Part shown: piece by piece, positions 38,307 through 50,300 of the stretch | Layout: each line of letters begins with the position of its first letter | Position numbering within the stretch: position 1 is the stretch's first letter | NCBI RefSeq assembly: GCF_001447785.1 | Contig: NW_015176011.1 | Location: forward strand, 95,219 to 159,218 | Direction: 5' to 3' | Origin: Gekko japonicus | Taxonomy: Eukaryota | Length of the DNA stretch: 64,000 bases | The notes under the pieces: model-generated | Database searches by the model: none | The model's input: only the letters and a program-made list of their open reading frames with translations | Told to the model about the DNA's origin: nothing | Translations under genes and position numbers: made by a program

Positions 38307-38722
38307 TGACCTGGATAGCCCAGGATAGCCTGATCTGGTCAGATCTTGGAAACTAAGCAGGGTCGTCCCTGGTTAGTGTTTGGATCGGAGACTACTCCCA
38401 AGAGATACTTGGAGAACAAACTTTGAGTTCACTGGCACCTTTAAGACCAACAAAGTTTTATTCAAGGTATAAGCTTTCGTGTTCAAGCACACTTCCTCAG
38501 ATACAGTGAAAGAGAATTTCCTCAAGCCTCACATACAGGAAGATGGAGGGGGGCAGCCATCAGGAAGGGCCAGTCAGAGCCAAGATACATAAGTAAAGCT
38601 GAGAGTGTGTCAAGGAATACCAGGATCGCTATGCAGAGACAGGCAATGGCAAACCACCTCAGAACATCTCTTGCCTTGGAAACCCTACAGGGTCACCATT
38701 AGTCAGCTATGACTCGATGGCA
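38307..38722 (+). mobile_element. 5S rRNA-derived SINE (interrupted by Penelope fragment ~38410-38610); other copies ~5572-5725, 17442-17612, 52085-52205 (-)
   Basis: 5S-like head GATCT..GAAGCTAAGCAGGGTC..CCTGGTTAGTA..TGGATGGGAGAC plus RTE-like tail GGCAATGGCAAACCACCTC...GGGTCGCCATAA. Confidence 0.8.
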
Positions 38723-39005
38723 AAAAAAGATGTATGGGACGGGGGGGGGGAACACATCAAAAGAGTTCACCAAGAGTGGGTGGGGGCTGTTCCCCACTGT
38801 TATTAGCCAAAGTAAAATTAATATAACATTTAGTGCAAGATAAACAGATGCAGTAGAAAGTTACAGACGTGCGGCAGAGATTGGGATAGGCAAGATATTT
38901 GCGCCTATATTGAGTGAGGAATTCCAGGTCCTTGTTGAGACCTCAGAAAGGGAGGTACATAGTTTTGAATTTACAGATGATTTATAATCCGGCAGTTTTC
39001 CTGTT
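38410..39005 (-). mobile_element. Penelope-like element remnants: GIY-YIG C-terminus (~38895-39003) and 3' pseudo-LTR (~38410-38610)
   Basis: RKTAGL*IICKFKTM...GLNKDLEFLTQY; pLTR with hammerhead-like core. Confidence 0.72.
38467..38504 (-). ncRNA. Minimal hammerhead ribozyme-like motif of Penelope pLTR (second copy 23484-23521)
   Basis: GTAT-CTGAGGA-aGTGT..ACAC-GAAA-GCTT-ATAC: core CUGANGA/GAAA with stems I and II. Confidence 0.55.
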
Positions 39006-39295
39006 GGTGCAAATATCTTTCATTCAGCTGGCAGATGGAAGAGCAAATCGGGAGTGATTAAGGAGAAGCAGTCACCCATATAAATGATGTTTAGTTGGCT
39101 TATCTGGCAACTAATGAGGTGGATCCAACCTAAGGGCCTCTTCTTCCAATGGAAGAGCCACTTAAGGTGGAGGGAGACTTCAGATCTGTGCCAGAAGGAA
39201 AAGTGGGGTATAAATATTGTAATAAATCATCATCATCAATAACCACCAGCAGCTGGTTTTAACTTCTGTGCTTGCCTCTTTGCACCGATGTGCAG

Positions 39296-39443
39296 GAAAG
39301 AAGATCAGCGATGAGGTGCTGGACCTGGCCGAGTACACGAAGAACCAGCCCTGGTGGCGCAAGCTGTTTGGGCCCAGCTCTGGCTCCAGCACAGAAAAGT
39401 ACAACGTAGCTACCCAGCTGGCTATTGGAGGCGTCACAGGATG
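39296..39443 (+). CDS. FUNDC2: FUNDC2 exon 2
   Basis: (G)[48 protein letters not shown](W); tgcag| acceptor, |GTAAGT donor. Confidence 0.95.
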
Positions 39444-39589
39444 GTAAGTGACAACAGGGCGCATTGGCATGGCTTGTAAGGGAGGGGGGGGGGGGGGGGA
39501 ATCAACCAGTGCCTCTGAGTGCCATAGGTCCCATGTGTCGAGATGGGGCTTTCTTTCAGGTCGTCTGGGTGGTGAGCATTGTTTTTAGT

Positions 39590-40510
39590 TTTAATTTCAC
39601 ATTATTTATAATCCACCTTTCTCACATGGACTCAAGGTGGATTACATAGTGTGAGTCAGTAGAGTCAACAATGTAGGACATTCAGTAACTAATGCATTTG
39701 GATGTTAAAAGGAAGTCTGGAACCGCCAGGACCAGGAGCATAGGATGAGTGTTAACATGACACATTAAGCAGTACAGAAATTACATAATAAGATTCTGCT
39801 TACAGTACATGCTATACAGCAGTAAAGACCACAAGTTCCCATTGTTTATCCAAGTGAGTCTGTGAAACCATTTTGTGCCGTGCAGCCTTATTACCTGCGC
39901 AGAAAAGCCCTTTTGAATAGTTCGTTTTTGCATAGTTTGCAGACGGCCAGGAGAGTGGGAGCTTTCCTGACCTCCTCGGGCAGGGCAGTCCACATGGTGG
40001 GAGCTGATTTTGCCCATTTGCAGTCTACATGGTGGGAGCTGATTTTGCCCATTTGCAGGTTGGCACCAGTGTTCCCTCTAAGCTGAGTTAGTGTGAGCTA
40101 GCTCACAGTTTTTTACCCTCCGGCTCACAAATCTTTGTCTTAGCTCAGGAAGGAGGGCTCCAGAGCAAGCTAATTTATGCAGTAGCCAAATTGCTCACTC
40201 ACAACTTTAATGTCAGTAGCTCACGAAGTAGAATTTTTGCTCACAAGAATCCACAGCTTAGAGGGAACATTGGTTGGCACCTGCAGAAACCCCTGCGCAC
40301 ATAAGCAGAGTTGTTGTGGTGGAGCATAGAGAGATAGGTGCTCCCGTAAATAAGACCAGCCAAGGCCATGAAGGGCTTTATATGTGATAGCCAGTACCAT
40401 CAACTGAGCTCAGTAACAATTGGACAACCAGTGGAGGGTCTGCAGAATGGGAGTCATATGCATGCTCTGTCCAGCTCCTGGTAATAGTTGTGCTGTGGCA
40501 TTCTGCAGTC
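39590..40510 (-). mobile_element. L2 remnant in FUNDC2 intron 2
   Basis: LQNATAQLL...HMTPILQTLHWL and ITYKALHGLGWSYLREHL. Confidence 0.82.
40067..40272 (+). mobile_element. hAT MITE family B nested in an L2 remnant
   Basis: TIR CAGTGTTCCCTCTAAGCTG, 8-bp TSD GTTGGCAC. Confidence 0.9.
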
Positions 40511-40528
40511 TCCTTGTTTGATTTCCAG

Positions 40529-40604
40529 GTGCACCGGCTTCATCTTTCAGAAGGTTGGGAAACTGGCCGCAACTGCCGTGGGAGGTGGCTTCTTCCTGCT
40601 TCAG
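40529..40604 (+). CDS. FUNDC2: FUNDC2 exon 3
   Basis: [25 protein letters not shown]; ttccag| and |GTTGGT. Confidence 0.96.
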
Positions 40605-40877
40605 GTTGGTATCACCTTCTCGGGACTTGGGAGTGGCCAGCAACAGCGGAAGGTTTTGGACTCTGAGGGCAGCCAGATGCCAGCTGTCATGAGTGGTGTT
40701 TGTGTTTTCACTCCAGTGACTGTTTAATGGGCTGTTGCTAACTGGTTTGGGCAGCGTCTACCAGCCAGCCCCGGCCTGGGCCTCCTCCTTTTTTTGAGTT
40801 GCCTGTAGAGCAGATTGAAGCCTGAGCACTTTTTGTGGTTTTGAAGTGTGCCGTGTCTTTGGTAAAAGGGTTGTGGC

Positions 40878-41082
40878 GAGTGTTCCCTCTAGCTGAGTTA
40901 GTGTGAGCTAGCTCACAGTTTCTTAGCCTCCAGCTCACAGATTTTTGTCTTAGCTCAGGAAGGATGGCCCCAGAGCAAGCTAATTTATGCAGGAGCCAGA
41001 TCACTCGCTCACAACTTTAATGCCAGTCGCTCACAAAGTAGAATTTTTGCTCGCAAGACTACACAGCTTAGAGGGAGCATTG
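40878..41082 (+). mobile_element. hAT MITE family B
   Basis: 8-bp TSD GTTGTGGC. Confidence 0.88.
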
Positions 41083-42357
41083 GTTGTGGCTCAGAGCACG
41101 TAGTTTGCGTGCAAAAGATAGCAGGTTGCAATCCCTAGCGTCTCCAGTTTAAAAGGATCCCAAGTATTTACTGATGATTATTTGTTTAAGATATTAGCAT
41201 TCTGCTCCTCTGTGTAATAAGGTAGCTTACAATCTAAAACAATAAAATAATGCAATTTATTTATTCAGTTTCAGTTAGCCTTTATTGGCATAAAACAACA
41301 CCTTAAAAGAGGATTAGTATAAAAGAGAAATATGCATATAAAACCATACATATAAAACCAAGCATTTTGCATTCTACATAATATTGCATAATGTTACATA
41401 AAACAATTTGTTTCAAAGTGTTGCTCATTTTGGTAGTTTTTCCTGTTGTAGCTTTATAGCTGATTGTAAAAACATGGCTACGGAGCGGAATCATTCAGAA
41501 GACGGTGCACTTTTAAAGCATCAGGAAAGTCCATCATGTTGGTGAAAATAGGGTTTAAATATCTAAAACGTGTATCTACATGAAATTGACAACGCAAACA
41601 GATATGTGAAACGATCCCAATTTATTTATTTATTTATTTGTTTATTAAATGTATATCTGCCCTTCCCAAACGGGCTCAGGGTGGGTAATATCAAAGCATA
41701 TAACAATAAAAACCAGTTAACACAATTAATCTAAAAACAACTAAAACCAGAAACAACCAGTTAAAAGATGGCGAGCAGTAATTCAAATGATAGTTATATA
41801 TGTACAAGAAAGAAGACCCCCGCGAAACTCGCGCGGGGGGGGGGAGCTCACAATCCCAGAAACAGCATGTAATTAGCCACTAAATCTACAGCCTAAATGC
41901 ACCAGGACAGCATAGCTAAAGCCATCTTCAAGTCTGAGAGAATAAAGGCATATTCTGGCATAGGAACGCAGACTGGGTGCCAGGTGAGCCACTGTAGGGA
42001 GGGAGTTCTACAACATGGGTGCCACCACTAAAAATGCCTCGACTCTGAAGCTCTGGCTTCAGAGACTGGGGGCACTCAGAGCTGGGCAGCTTATGATGAC
42101 CACATTTGGTGGCTGGGGCTGAAGAAGACCTGTGAGACCATGGAGAGCTGCTGCCAGCTACTGTCGAAATGTCTGAGCTAGGTGGGGTGCTGGTCTGGCT
42201 TGGTAGCTTTCATATGCTCATCTGTCTTTGGAAATCGCAGCATCAACTTGTCAGTTTTTATGGAATGTATTTCTGAGCCTCATTCCTCTGCCATGCCTTT
42301 CGTTCCTGGGTGCTACCACAGGGACTCTGGGATTTTAAGGGCTGTGTAACAAACCCT

Positions 42358-42705
42358 GCGGTGGCCCAAGTGATTAAGACGCTGAACTGCAGGTTGTGGA
42401 AGGTCAGTAGTTCAGCAGTTTGAGACCCGAGTGTGCCGCATGACGGAGTGAGCTCCCGTCTCTAGTTCCAGCTCCTGCCAACCTAGCAGTTCTAAAGCAA
42501 GAAATTGCAAGTAGATAAATAGGTACCACTTTGGTGGGAAGGCAACAGCGTTCCGTGCGCCTTGGTGTTTAGTCATGCCGGCCACATGACCACGGAAACG
42601 TCTTCGGACAGCGCTGGCTCTTCGGCTTTAAAACGGAGATGAGCACCGCAACCCTAGAGTCGGACTCGACTGGCTTTCGAGCAAGGGAAACCTTTACCTT
42701 TACTT
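42358..42705 (+). mobile_element. Sauria SINE
   Basis: Typical body and (ACCTTT)n tail; 11-bp TSD TAACAAACCCT. Confidence 0.92.
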
Positions 42706-43826
42706 TAACAAACCCTCACTCTACTATCTTTTAGATGCCAGGCTTTTTAACTAAGGGTTGATTTCTTTAATTACTTTTACAATCTGTGTCCAGCTGGAAG
42801 ACCGTTAAAAGGATCGTTTGGATAGCAGTACCATACAGAGTTACTCCAGTGTACGCCTATTGATTGGGCTTAGACAGAAGTAACACTGCATAGCATTGTG
42901 TTATAAATGTTCTGGGTTTTTAATTTTCTAAATGATTTTTGGACTTTATTCTGTGAGCTGGATTGAGCAGGTTTCTGAAGAGTTGGAATATAAATTGATG
43001 CTACAGTCAACACCTTCCAGTGCTTGGAGGAGCTGCTGGGGGGGGGGGCTTTATCTGTTGGCCTCTGCCTAGCGCAGACCTGTCAAAGGCACAGAGCATG
43101 CCTGTTTGGCTCTTGCAGGGCTTCCCAATTGCTCTCCTCTTTTCGCACTGCAGCGCATAGTACAAGCTCTGCAGTTGCCAGTGCAGTTGACACAGCATCA
43201 ACAATCATGCTTGATCCCTTAGAGCGAAACTAACCTTTACACTGGTCTTCAGGATCCCCCTCCCAGGAACAGCCTACAGGCATGCACAAAACTCTTTTCC
43301 TTAGAAGGCTGTCCACACCATATTTCTCTTGGGGCCTTTCAAATGCTCCTTTGTGTTTAGATCATCCCTCCTAGAAAGGTAGAATGTCTCCTGTGTAGCC
43401 AACCATTGGCCAAGGTCTTGGTCTCCAGACTCTAAACATCATCTCACATTTGTTGGTTCCTCCTATGCGGTGGCCTGTCAGTTTTTTATTTAGTACATTT
43501 TATCCTGCCCTGCCTTCAAGGAGATCAGAGAAGCATACGTAGTTCTCCACTATCTTCACAAGAACTTTTGAAGCAGATTAGGTCGATGGTGACTGGCCAA
43601 AGGTCACCCAATGACCTACGTGGCAGAACGGGGATTTGAGCCTCCGTTTCCCAGATCCCAGTCCAACACTTGAGCCATGACACTCTACCGGCTCTGCAGT
43701 GACAGGATCTCTCTTTAAGCTTTTTGGGTGACCTGCTGTGAAAGGATGGGCAGGCGGGAGGGAGGAGGCCAGTCAGGAAGGCCCAGAGTCACGCAGGGCT
43801 TTTCATCCCCTCTTCCTCTGGCCCAG

Positions 43827-43964
43827 ATCGCGAACCACACGGGATACATCAAAGTCGACTGGCAGATGGTGGAGCGGGACGTGAGCAAAGCCAAGGAGCA
43901 GCTGAAGTTTCACGGCAGCAACCACAGCCAGCTGGCACCAGAGGTCAAGACCCAAGTGGATGAG
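43827..43964 (+). CDS. FUNDC2: FUNDC2 exon 4
   Basis: [46 protein letters not shown]; cccag| and |GTGAGG. Confidence 0.96.
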
Positions 43965-44328
43965 GTGAGGCCATCAATGTCCTCCTGACCCTTGCCTGGG
44001 GGAAACCACTGGGCGTGTCGGTGATAGCTGTGCAGAAGAAGGGCAGAAGCTTCCGGGTGGATGGAAGGGCCCTCAAACAGGAAGAGAAGTGGTAGGCAGG
44101 CTCAACTCCGAGGGAGCCGTGAACCTGTGATGTGGCAGAAGGGTTTGGGCTGATGGTGTAGGACTGTCCTGTGCAGAATCAGGGTTCTCAAACTGGTCAT
44201 TTACAGAGGACCATCAGGGACACTGTAGTTTTCCTTTGTTTTCTGCCTGCTTGGGGCAGAAAAGCAAGGGAACTGTCAAATCCAAGCACTGTTGCAAGTC
44301 TTTCCCTGGTGAGAGACCCGTTACGTTC

Positions 44329-44605
44329 TAGCCAGTTCAGTGTAGTGGTTAAGTGCACGGACTCTAATCTGGGAGAACCGGGTTCGATTCCCCACTCCTC
44401 CACTTGCACCTGGCTGGATGACCTTGGGCAAGCCATAGTTCTGATAAAAGCTGTCCTTGAAAAAGAGCTGTTTCTGTCAGAGCTCTCTCAGCCCCACCTA
44501 CCTCACAGGGTGTCTGTTGTGGGGAGGGGAAAGGAAAGCAGTTTGTAAGCCGCTCTGAGACGCCTTTGGGTAGTGAAGGGTGGGGTATAAATCCAGTCTC
44601 TTCTA
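44329..44605 (+). mobile_element. tRNA-derived SINE (Squam3-like); similar copies 13487-13760 (+), 48068-48335 (-), 20250-20357 (-)
   Basis: A box TGTAGTGGTTAAG, B box GGTTCGATTCC, CCTCACAGGG core, GGGTATAAAT tail. Confidence 0.85.
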
Positions 44606-45056
44606 ATTCACGCTCTCTCGCTCTCTCTGTTTCTCTCGCTTCCATTTTTATCCTGCCTTTTATCCATTGCGCTTAGGGCAGCACACACAGACCCCCCTCA
44701 TTTATCCTTGCAGCAACCCCGTGAGGCAGGTTAGGCTGGGAAAGAATGACTGGCTTGTGGTTATCCACTGAACTTGGTGGCTGAGGGATGATTTGAACCC
44801 GAATCTCACTGGTTCTGGTTTGACAATTTTCACTACTACTCCCTGTTGGCTTTCTCACTTCTCCTTCAGTAAGGATGTTGCTGTGATATGTAGTCTGTGA
44901 TAGCGTCTTTTCTGCAAGTCACTCCTTGCCCCATGGGGGGGGGGGAGCAATGGGTAAAGCAGATTAGGGGTTATGTTGGTTCAGTGGACCGTTGAACTAC
45001 TTCTGGACATCTGCCCAACTTGGTTGGGTGTCAACACCGGCCGTATTTCTCTAGCT

Positions 45057-45599
45057 CAGGGGTGTCAGACATGCAGCCCAGGGGCCGGTTCAGGCCCCTG
45101 GAGGGCTTCTATCAGGCCCGCACTGGAACTGGCCATCTCCTGCTTCCCGTTCTGCTGCTGCTGCTGCTGCATCATAGCTTGCTTTGCCAGACTCTCTCTA
45201 TCGCTCAGCCATTTCATGTTTTCCCCTGGGTCCTAGGCTCAGAACTCTGAGCATGAGATATCTGTGGTGAATGTCAATAAAGCAAAAGTAGATTTGCAGC
45301 TTACAGGTACATACTTGAACAGCATACTCAAGATTGCAACAGCACAGACATTTTGATGCAGTCATTCAGTGCAAGAGGTGTCAGTTATCAGACACTGTTA
45401 AATAAACAAAATATTGCAAGAGTGCTGTTTTAAGCATGTTTTTATTTTAAGTTAAAAAAACCACCTTTGTGTTTGTGTCCTTTATAAAGTTTATATCTCC
45501 GCTACCTGGCATTACATTTTATGACACACATGGCCTGGCCCAACAAGGTCTCATTTATGTCAGATCCAGCCCTCATAACAAATGAGTTCAACACCCCTG
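45057..45599 (+). mobile_element. hAT-Charlie-type non-autonomous element (related copy 5828-6469)
   Basis: TIR CAGGGGTGTC/ACACCCCTG, TSD NTCTAGCT. Confidence 0.82.
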
Positions 45600-45967
45600 G
45601 TCTAGCTCATCCTCACCCAAATTGTCACATGGGGGATTATATTTATTTATATTTGTGATTACACTCTGCTTTTTTCCCAATGGAGAGCCAAAGCAGTGTA
45701 CAACGTTGTTCTCCCTTCCTCCAGCGAGGTAGGGCTGAGAGAGAGAGAGAAACTGAGGGTGACTGGTCCACGTTTCCATGGTAGAAGGAGGGCTGTAAGC
45801 TTGGGTCTCCCGGATCCTATCCCAACCACTACACCATACCAGTTTCCAGCTGTCTTTCACTGTTCCTTGAAGGGGATGCTGCATTTTGTCATGGTTTAAT
45901 TTTAATTGTGGGAACTGCAGGAGCCTGCGCATCGCCCATCTAAGCTCCTCTCTTTCTCCCTGCCCAG

Positions 45968-46045
45968 GTGATCTCCTTTCTGAAGAAGAACGTTCTCCTG
46001 ACCGGCGGGTTTGTCGGAGGGTTTCTGCTCGGCATGGCCTCTTAG
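45968..46045 (+). CDS. FUNDC2: FUNDC2 exon 5 (last coding exon)
   Basis: [25 protein letters not shown]; the GMAS C-terminus and synteny indicate FUNDC2 rather than FUNDC1. Confidence 0.96.
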   Translation: MISFLKKNVLLTGGFVGGFLLGMAS

Positions 46046-46872
46046 GAGACGCCTCAGTCTGGAAGCCCCCTGCGCTGCTGCCATCTCCCGCTCAGTAACC
46101 GCCGGATTGATCAGTTGGCTGACCTGGAGCATTGCCCCTGCTGACCAGTTCTCCGCTTTGTATGTGAATCATGGCCTCCAGAAATGCTGCCGCTAGCTCC
46201 TGTGCTCCTCCCGTTTTTATTTGATGCGCTGGAGATTGGTGGGGGGGGGAGAGATGGGCTTGGTCCGAAGGCTGGCCGCTGCAGGGCTGACTTCTGTACC
46301 CCCCGTGATATCTCGGGCTCTGTAGAATCCCCCTTCCTCATTTAACTTTTTTCAACCCGATGACCTAGGCAAAGGGTTGTGTCTCTGGGATAATCCCATC
46401 TCCGGGACAGGAGCACCCCTCGCCTTGTATGCACCATCTTGGCTGTTTCGTATTCCTTCTTGAGTAGCTGTGGTACAGCCTGTGCTTCCAGCTGGTAAGA
46501 TCACAAAGGCACAGTGTGGAGAGGCTGTACCAGGTCATGTCCCAAAATAACTGGTGCCTAGGACTGGCGCGTCCTACTGTGGGCATGCTCTTTCTCAAGC
46601 CCTGACTTTGCTAGGACAACTGTATACAAACAGATCCCCTCTGGCATCTCCTGGGCTGTTATTTATATACCTGTTGCTGAAGCCAGAGAGCTGGAACTTC
46701 CTGTGGAAACTCTGCCTGTTACCTGGGATTCTCTGCCAGGAAAGCTGCGCAGGACTTCAAAATTACATTGTTCCAAGGAAATGTCTCTTGTATGCTTAAC
46801 TGTCACTGCCTTGTAGAATGAATGCTTCAAGGTAGACTCTATCTGAATGGCTGGAACCAGCAAGCTCTTTGG

Positions 46873-47358
46873 GAGAATCTGGGTTCTCTTGCTGGGGAGC
46901 CACGGTTGCAGCAGTGGGGCTTGGAGGTGTGCATTGTGCTGCCAGAGCCTCGTCTTGTATGGATCTCCAGCTGGCTATCTGGGACGTGTAGATAGCGGGA
47001 GCTTGGAGAATCTGGGTCTTGGTGCTGTATAAGCGACTGTTGCAGTGATGGGGAATGGTGTGTGTTGTGCCGTGGGATCCTCATCTTGTATGGCGCTCCG
47101 GCTGCGAGAATCTGGGTCTTCTCAGTTGCAGTGCCGGGGACTGGATATGTGTTGTTCTGTTGGAACCTCTTCTTATATGGAGCTCTAGCTCTCCATGATG
47201 TGCAGAGAGTGGGAGCTCTGTAGGTTCTGTTGTTGCTTTATGTGGCAGTCGGGGCAGGTGGAAAGGGATGGAACGCTTGTCCAACGCTGAGGCATTGCTT
47301 TATGTGGCAGTCAGTTGGGGGAGGTGGGAAGGGATGGAACGCTTGTCCAACGCTGAGG
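46873..47358 (+). repeat. Degenerate 100-135 bp triplication plus ~62-bp duplication downstream of the FUNDC2 stop
   Basis: GAGAATCTGGGT at 46873/47007/47106; TTGCTTTATGTGGCAGTC...AACGCTGAGG twice. Confidence 0.75.
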
Positions 47359-50300
47359 TTAAAAAGGGTCGCTGCTGGGCTACACTGAGGGAAACGGGTC
47401 TGCCTCTGCAGTAATTGCCCGTTGGGTAGTCAGCCTTGCTGGAAGCTGTTGGGGCTTTGCTCCTCTCCTTCCCACTCTCCCATCTGCACGAGACGTCTCC
47501 TCCTGCAAAAGCATTTGGCTAAACCCTGGCATAGCTTAGTAGCTAAGAGGCTGACCTACAGGGCCGGAAATCCCCAGTGTGGCTCTTAGGCCCTTCCCCC
47601 TCCTTCGAGGCGCACCCAACAATACGGGGAGGAATAATACTGACCTGCCTTGTAAGATGGCTGTGTAAGAATGAACAGCAAAGGCTGTCCAGGAGGCTCT
47701 TGGAATCCTTTAAGACTCCTGCATCAATACCGAGGATCAGTCATTCATTAAAGAGGGCAGGGACCGGGTCCTGTCTGTGCCTCCACAGGCCGGGAGGGGC
47801 TGTGGCTCAGCGGGAGAGCATCTGCTTGGCATGCAGAAAGTCCCAGGTTCAATCCCCGGCATCTCCAGTTGAAAGGATCATGTAGGAGGTGATGTGGAAG
47901 ACCCCTGCCTGAGACCCTGGAGAACCGCTGCCTGTCTGAGTAGACCAAGAACTGAGCCTGCCTTTTCAAGTTGAAAACCCAACATGCTCCCACAACAACA
48001 ACAACACTGTAGGATGTCTGGGCCTCTGATCAGAGGCAAAGGCCCAAAAAAATGGGCACGTTCTAGGAGAAGAGGAAGAGATTGGATTTATACCCCACCC
48101 TTCACTCAGAGTCTCAGAGCAGCTTACAGACTCCTTTTCCTTCCCCTCCCCACAACAGACACCCTGTGAGGTAGGCGGGGCTGAGAGAGCTCTGAGAGAA
48201 CTGTCCTTGAGAGAACAGCTCTGGCAGAACTATGGCTTGCCCAAGGTTATCCAGCAGCTGCAAGTGGAAGAGTGGGGAATCAAACCCGGTTCTCCCAGGT
48301 TAGAGTCCACACACTTAATCACTACGCCAAAATACCCAGCCTCTGATCATTCCTTGGCTCTGTGCTCTTTTCCCGCAGTGTTCGCCTTGCTGAAAAGGAG
48401 CTGTTCAGAGGATTTTCGGCAGCTCCTTGTTGCATCTGCAAAGCGGTGGGAAAGCACAGCCTTGGTCCAGGGAGGCGTTACTGGCCCAGTCTCCCAGTCC
48501 TCAAGCAGAGGGGGGGGGTCTCTGTAGGTTAACTAAAGACTGGTCTCATTAGGGACTTTGGTATTGACTGAATATTTGGCTTGCAGCCTTTCCCTTGTCC
48601 TATGAACCAGCAGTCGGGGGGCGAGAATGCTGAGAGCTCCTGCTTCCCCCGCCAGCCATTTTCTGTGCCAAAACAGCACTGGGGTGATGGTGTTATTTCC
48701 CCATTTTTGCTGCTTCACAGAACAGACAGGGAAATAACTCTCCCCACCCCCACCCCCCCGCACACTTTTTCACCACAGAAAATGATTTAGGGGGAAGCAG
48801 GGGGCCTTCCTCCCGTGGTGGCATTCTGAGCCTGAATGGGCTCTGCTTTATTTTTTAAAAAGTGATTCTCCGCAACGGCTGTGTGGGTTTGGGAAACCTG
48901 GACCCAGCCCTGATACCTGCTTAAATCGGGCTGGGATCCTGGTCAGCCTCATGGGTTGCTCCATGGGCGGGCACACCTTGCGTCAGGCGCCTAGAATTCT
49001 GCTGCACGGTTTCTGTCTCTGGGACTCGGCCAAAGAATGCACTTCGCTGGCAGGATGCCACAGTCCCAGTGTATCTAAAATGAAACAGCTCAAAGGTGAG
49101 CCCCCACCTGTTACCGCCGGGGCTGTCACCTGGCCATTCTGCCGTGTGGCCTGCCTCACTCCTAGTCGCTTCAGACCTGGGGTGGCGGCGGCCATTTTTT
49201 TTAAATTTCCTTTCATTTATTAGACTTCTAGCCTGCTCTCCCCTGTGACCAGGCTCAGAGCGGGGGGACAACCACCAGTAAAACATTCAGCAGTCTAAGA
49301 TAAATATATTATTACAATAAACACTATAAAATTCATAATACAAAGCAACAGTGCAATTAAAAGATGGCATAAAATCCCAGGGGGGAATTGTATATATCCA
49401 CGGAGTAGACTCAGAAAGGGAAGGGGAGAGGAAGGGAAGGACAGAGGGAGGGAGGAGGCCAGTCCATGGTGGAAGCCATCGCTGCTCTCAGCTATAAGCC
49501 TGGTGGAACAACTCTGTCTTGCAGGCCCTGCAGAACTATATCATTTGGTGGCCATCGTGACTGCATCAGAAAGTGAGATCACCTTGACAAAAGTTGCAGG
49601 TAACAGTGCTGAACTGTAAAAGCCAGTGTGCCGTTAGAGTACTGGACTGGGGGGACCCAGGTTCGAATCCCAGCGCAACCTGAAGCTTCTTGAATGATCT
49701 TAGGCCAATCATTCTCTTTCTCAGCCTAACCTGCCTCACAGACGGACTTTATGTGAGGATAGAAGGAGGCAGTGGGAGAACCGTATGTTTCCCTGAGCTC
49801 CTTGGAGGAAGGGTGGGAGGAAATGAAATAAACAGACATTAGAAAAAAATACAAAAAGATATGATAGGGCAGCGCCTTTTATGAGGCCTACTAAAACGTC
49901 ACAGAGGAGTTTGCAAGTGTTTTGAGTCCACCAGAACTCTTCTTCCGATTTCCGGCTGCACCAGACTTTATGGGAAAACAAACCTGATGAAACAAACCTG
50001 ATTACTCTGTTTCTGAGTAATTGAAAGGAGGCTTTGCTGGTAGCATTTTTATTTTTGCTGGTAGCATGCTTTTTAAGAACACCTCTCCCCTTTTCAGATG
50101 CGGATAGAGTAAGGAAGCCCAGCGCCCTTAATTGAAACGGAGTGGAAGTTGACGGATTAAACCTCTCCTGTCTTCCCTGCACAGCCCCGATATAAATCTA
50201 GGTTGCACAAGCTTGCAAATTGCATTTTATAGACCAAAGGGGGATAAGAATGGATGCATCTCGAGCCCACCTTTGTCTGAGCCTGGAGTTCTTTGCTTTT

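Noticed and set aside
44329-44400. tRNA gene
   Set aside because: A/B boxes belong to a SINE; no proper cloverleaf
48379-48445. Possible plus-strand exon (FALLKRSCSEDFRQLLVASAK) after a strong acceptor
   Set aside because: Weak donor, no partner exons or homology identified
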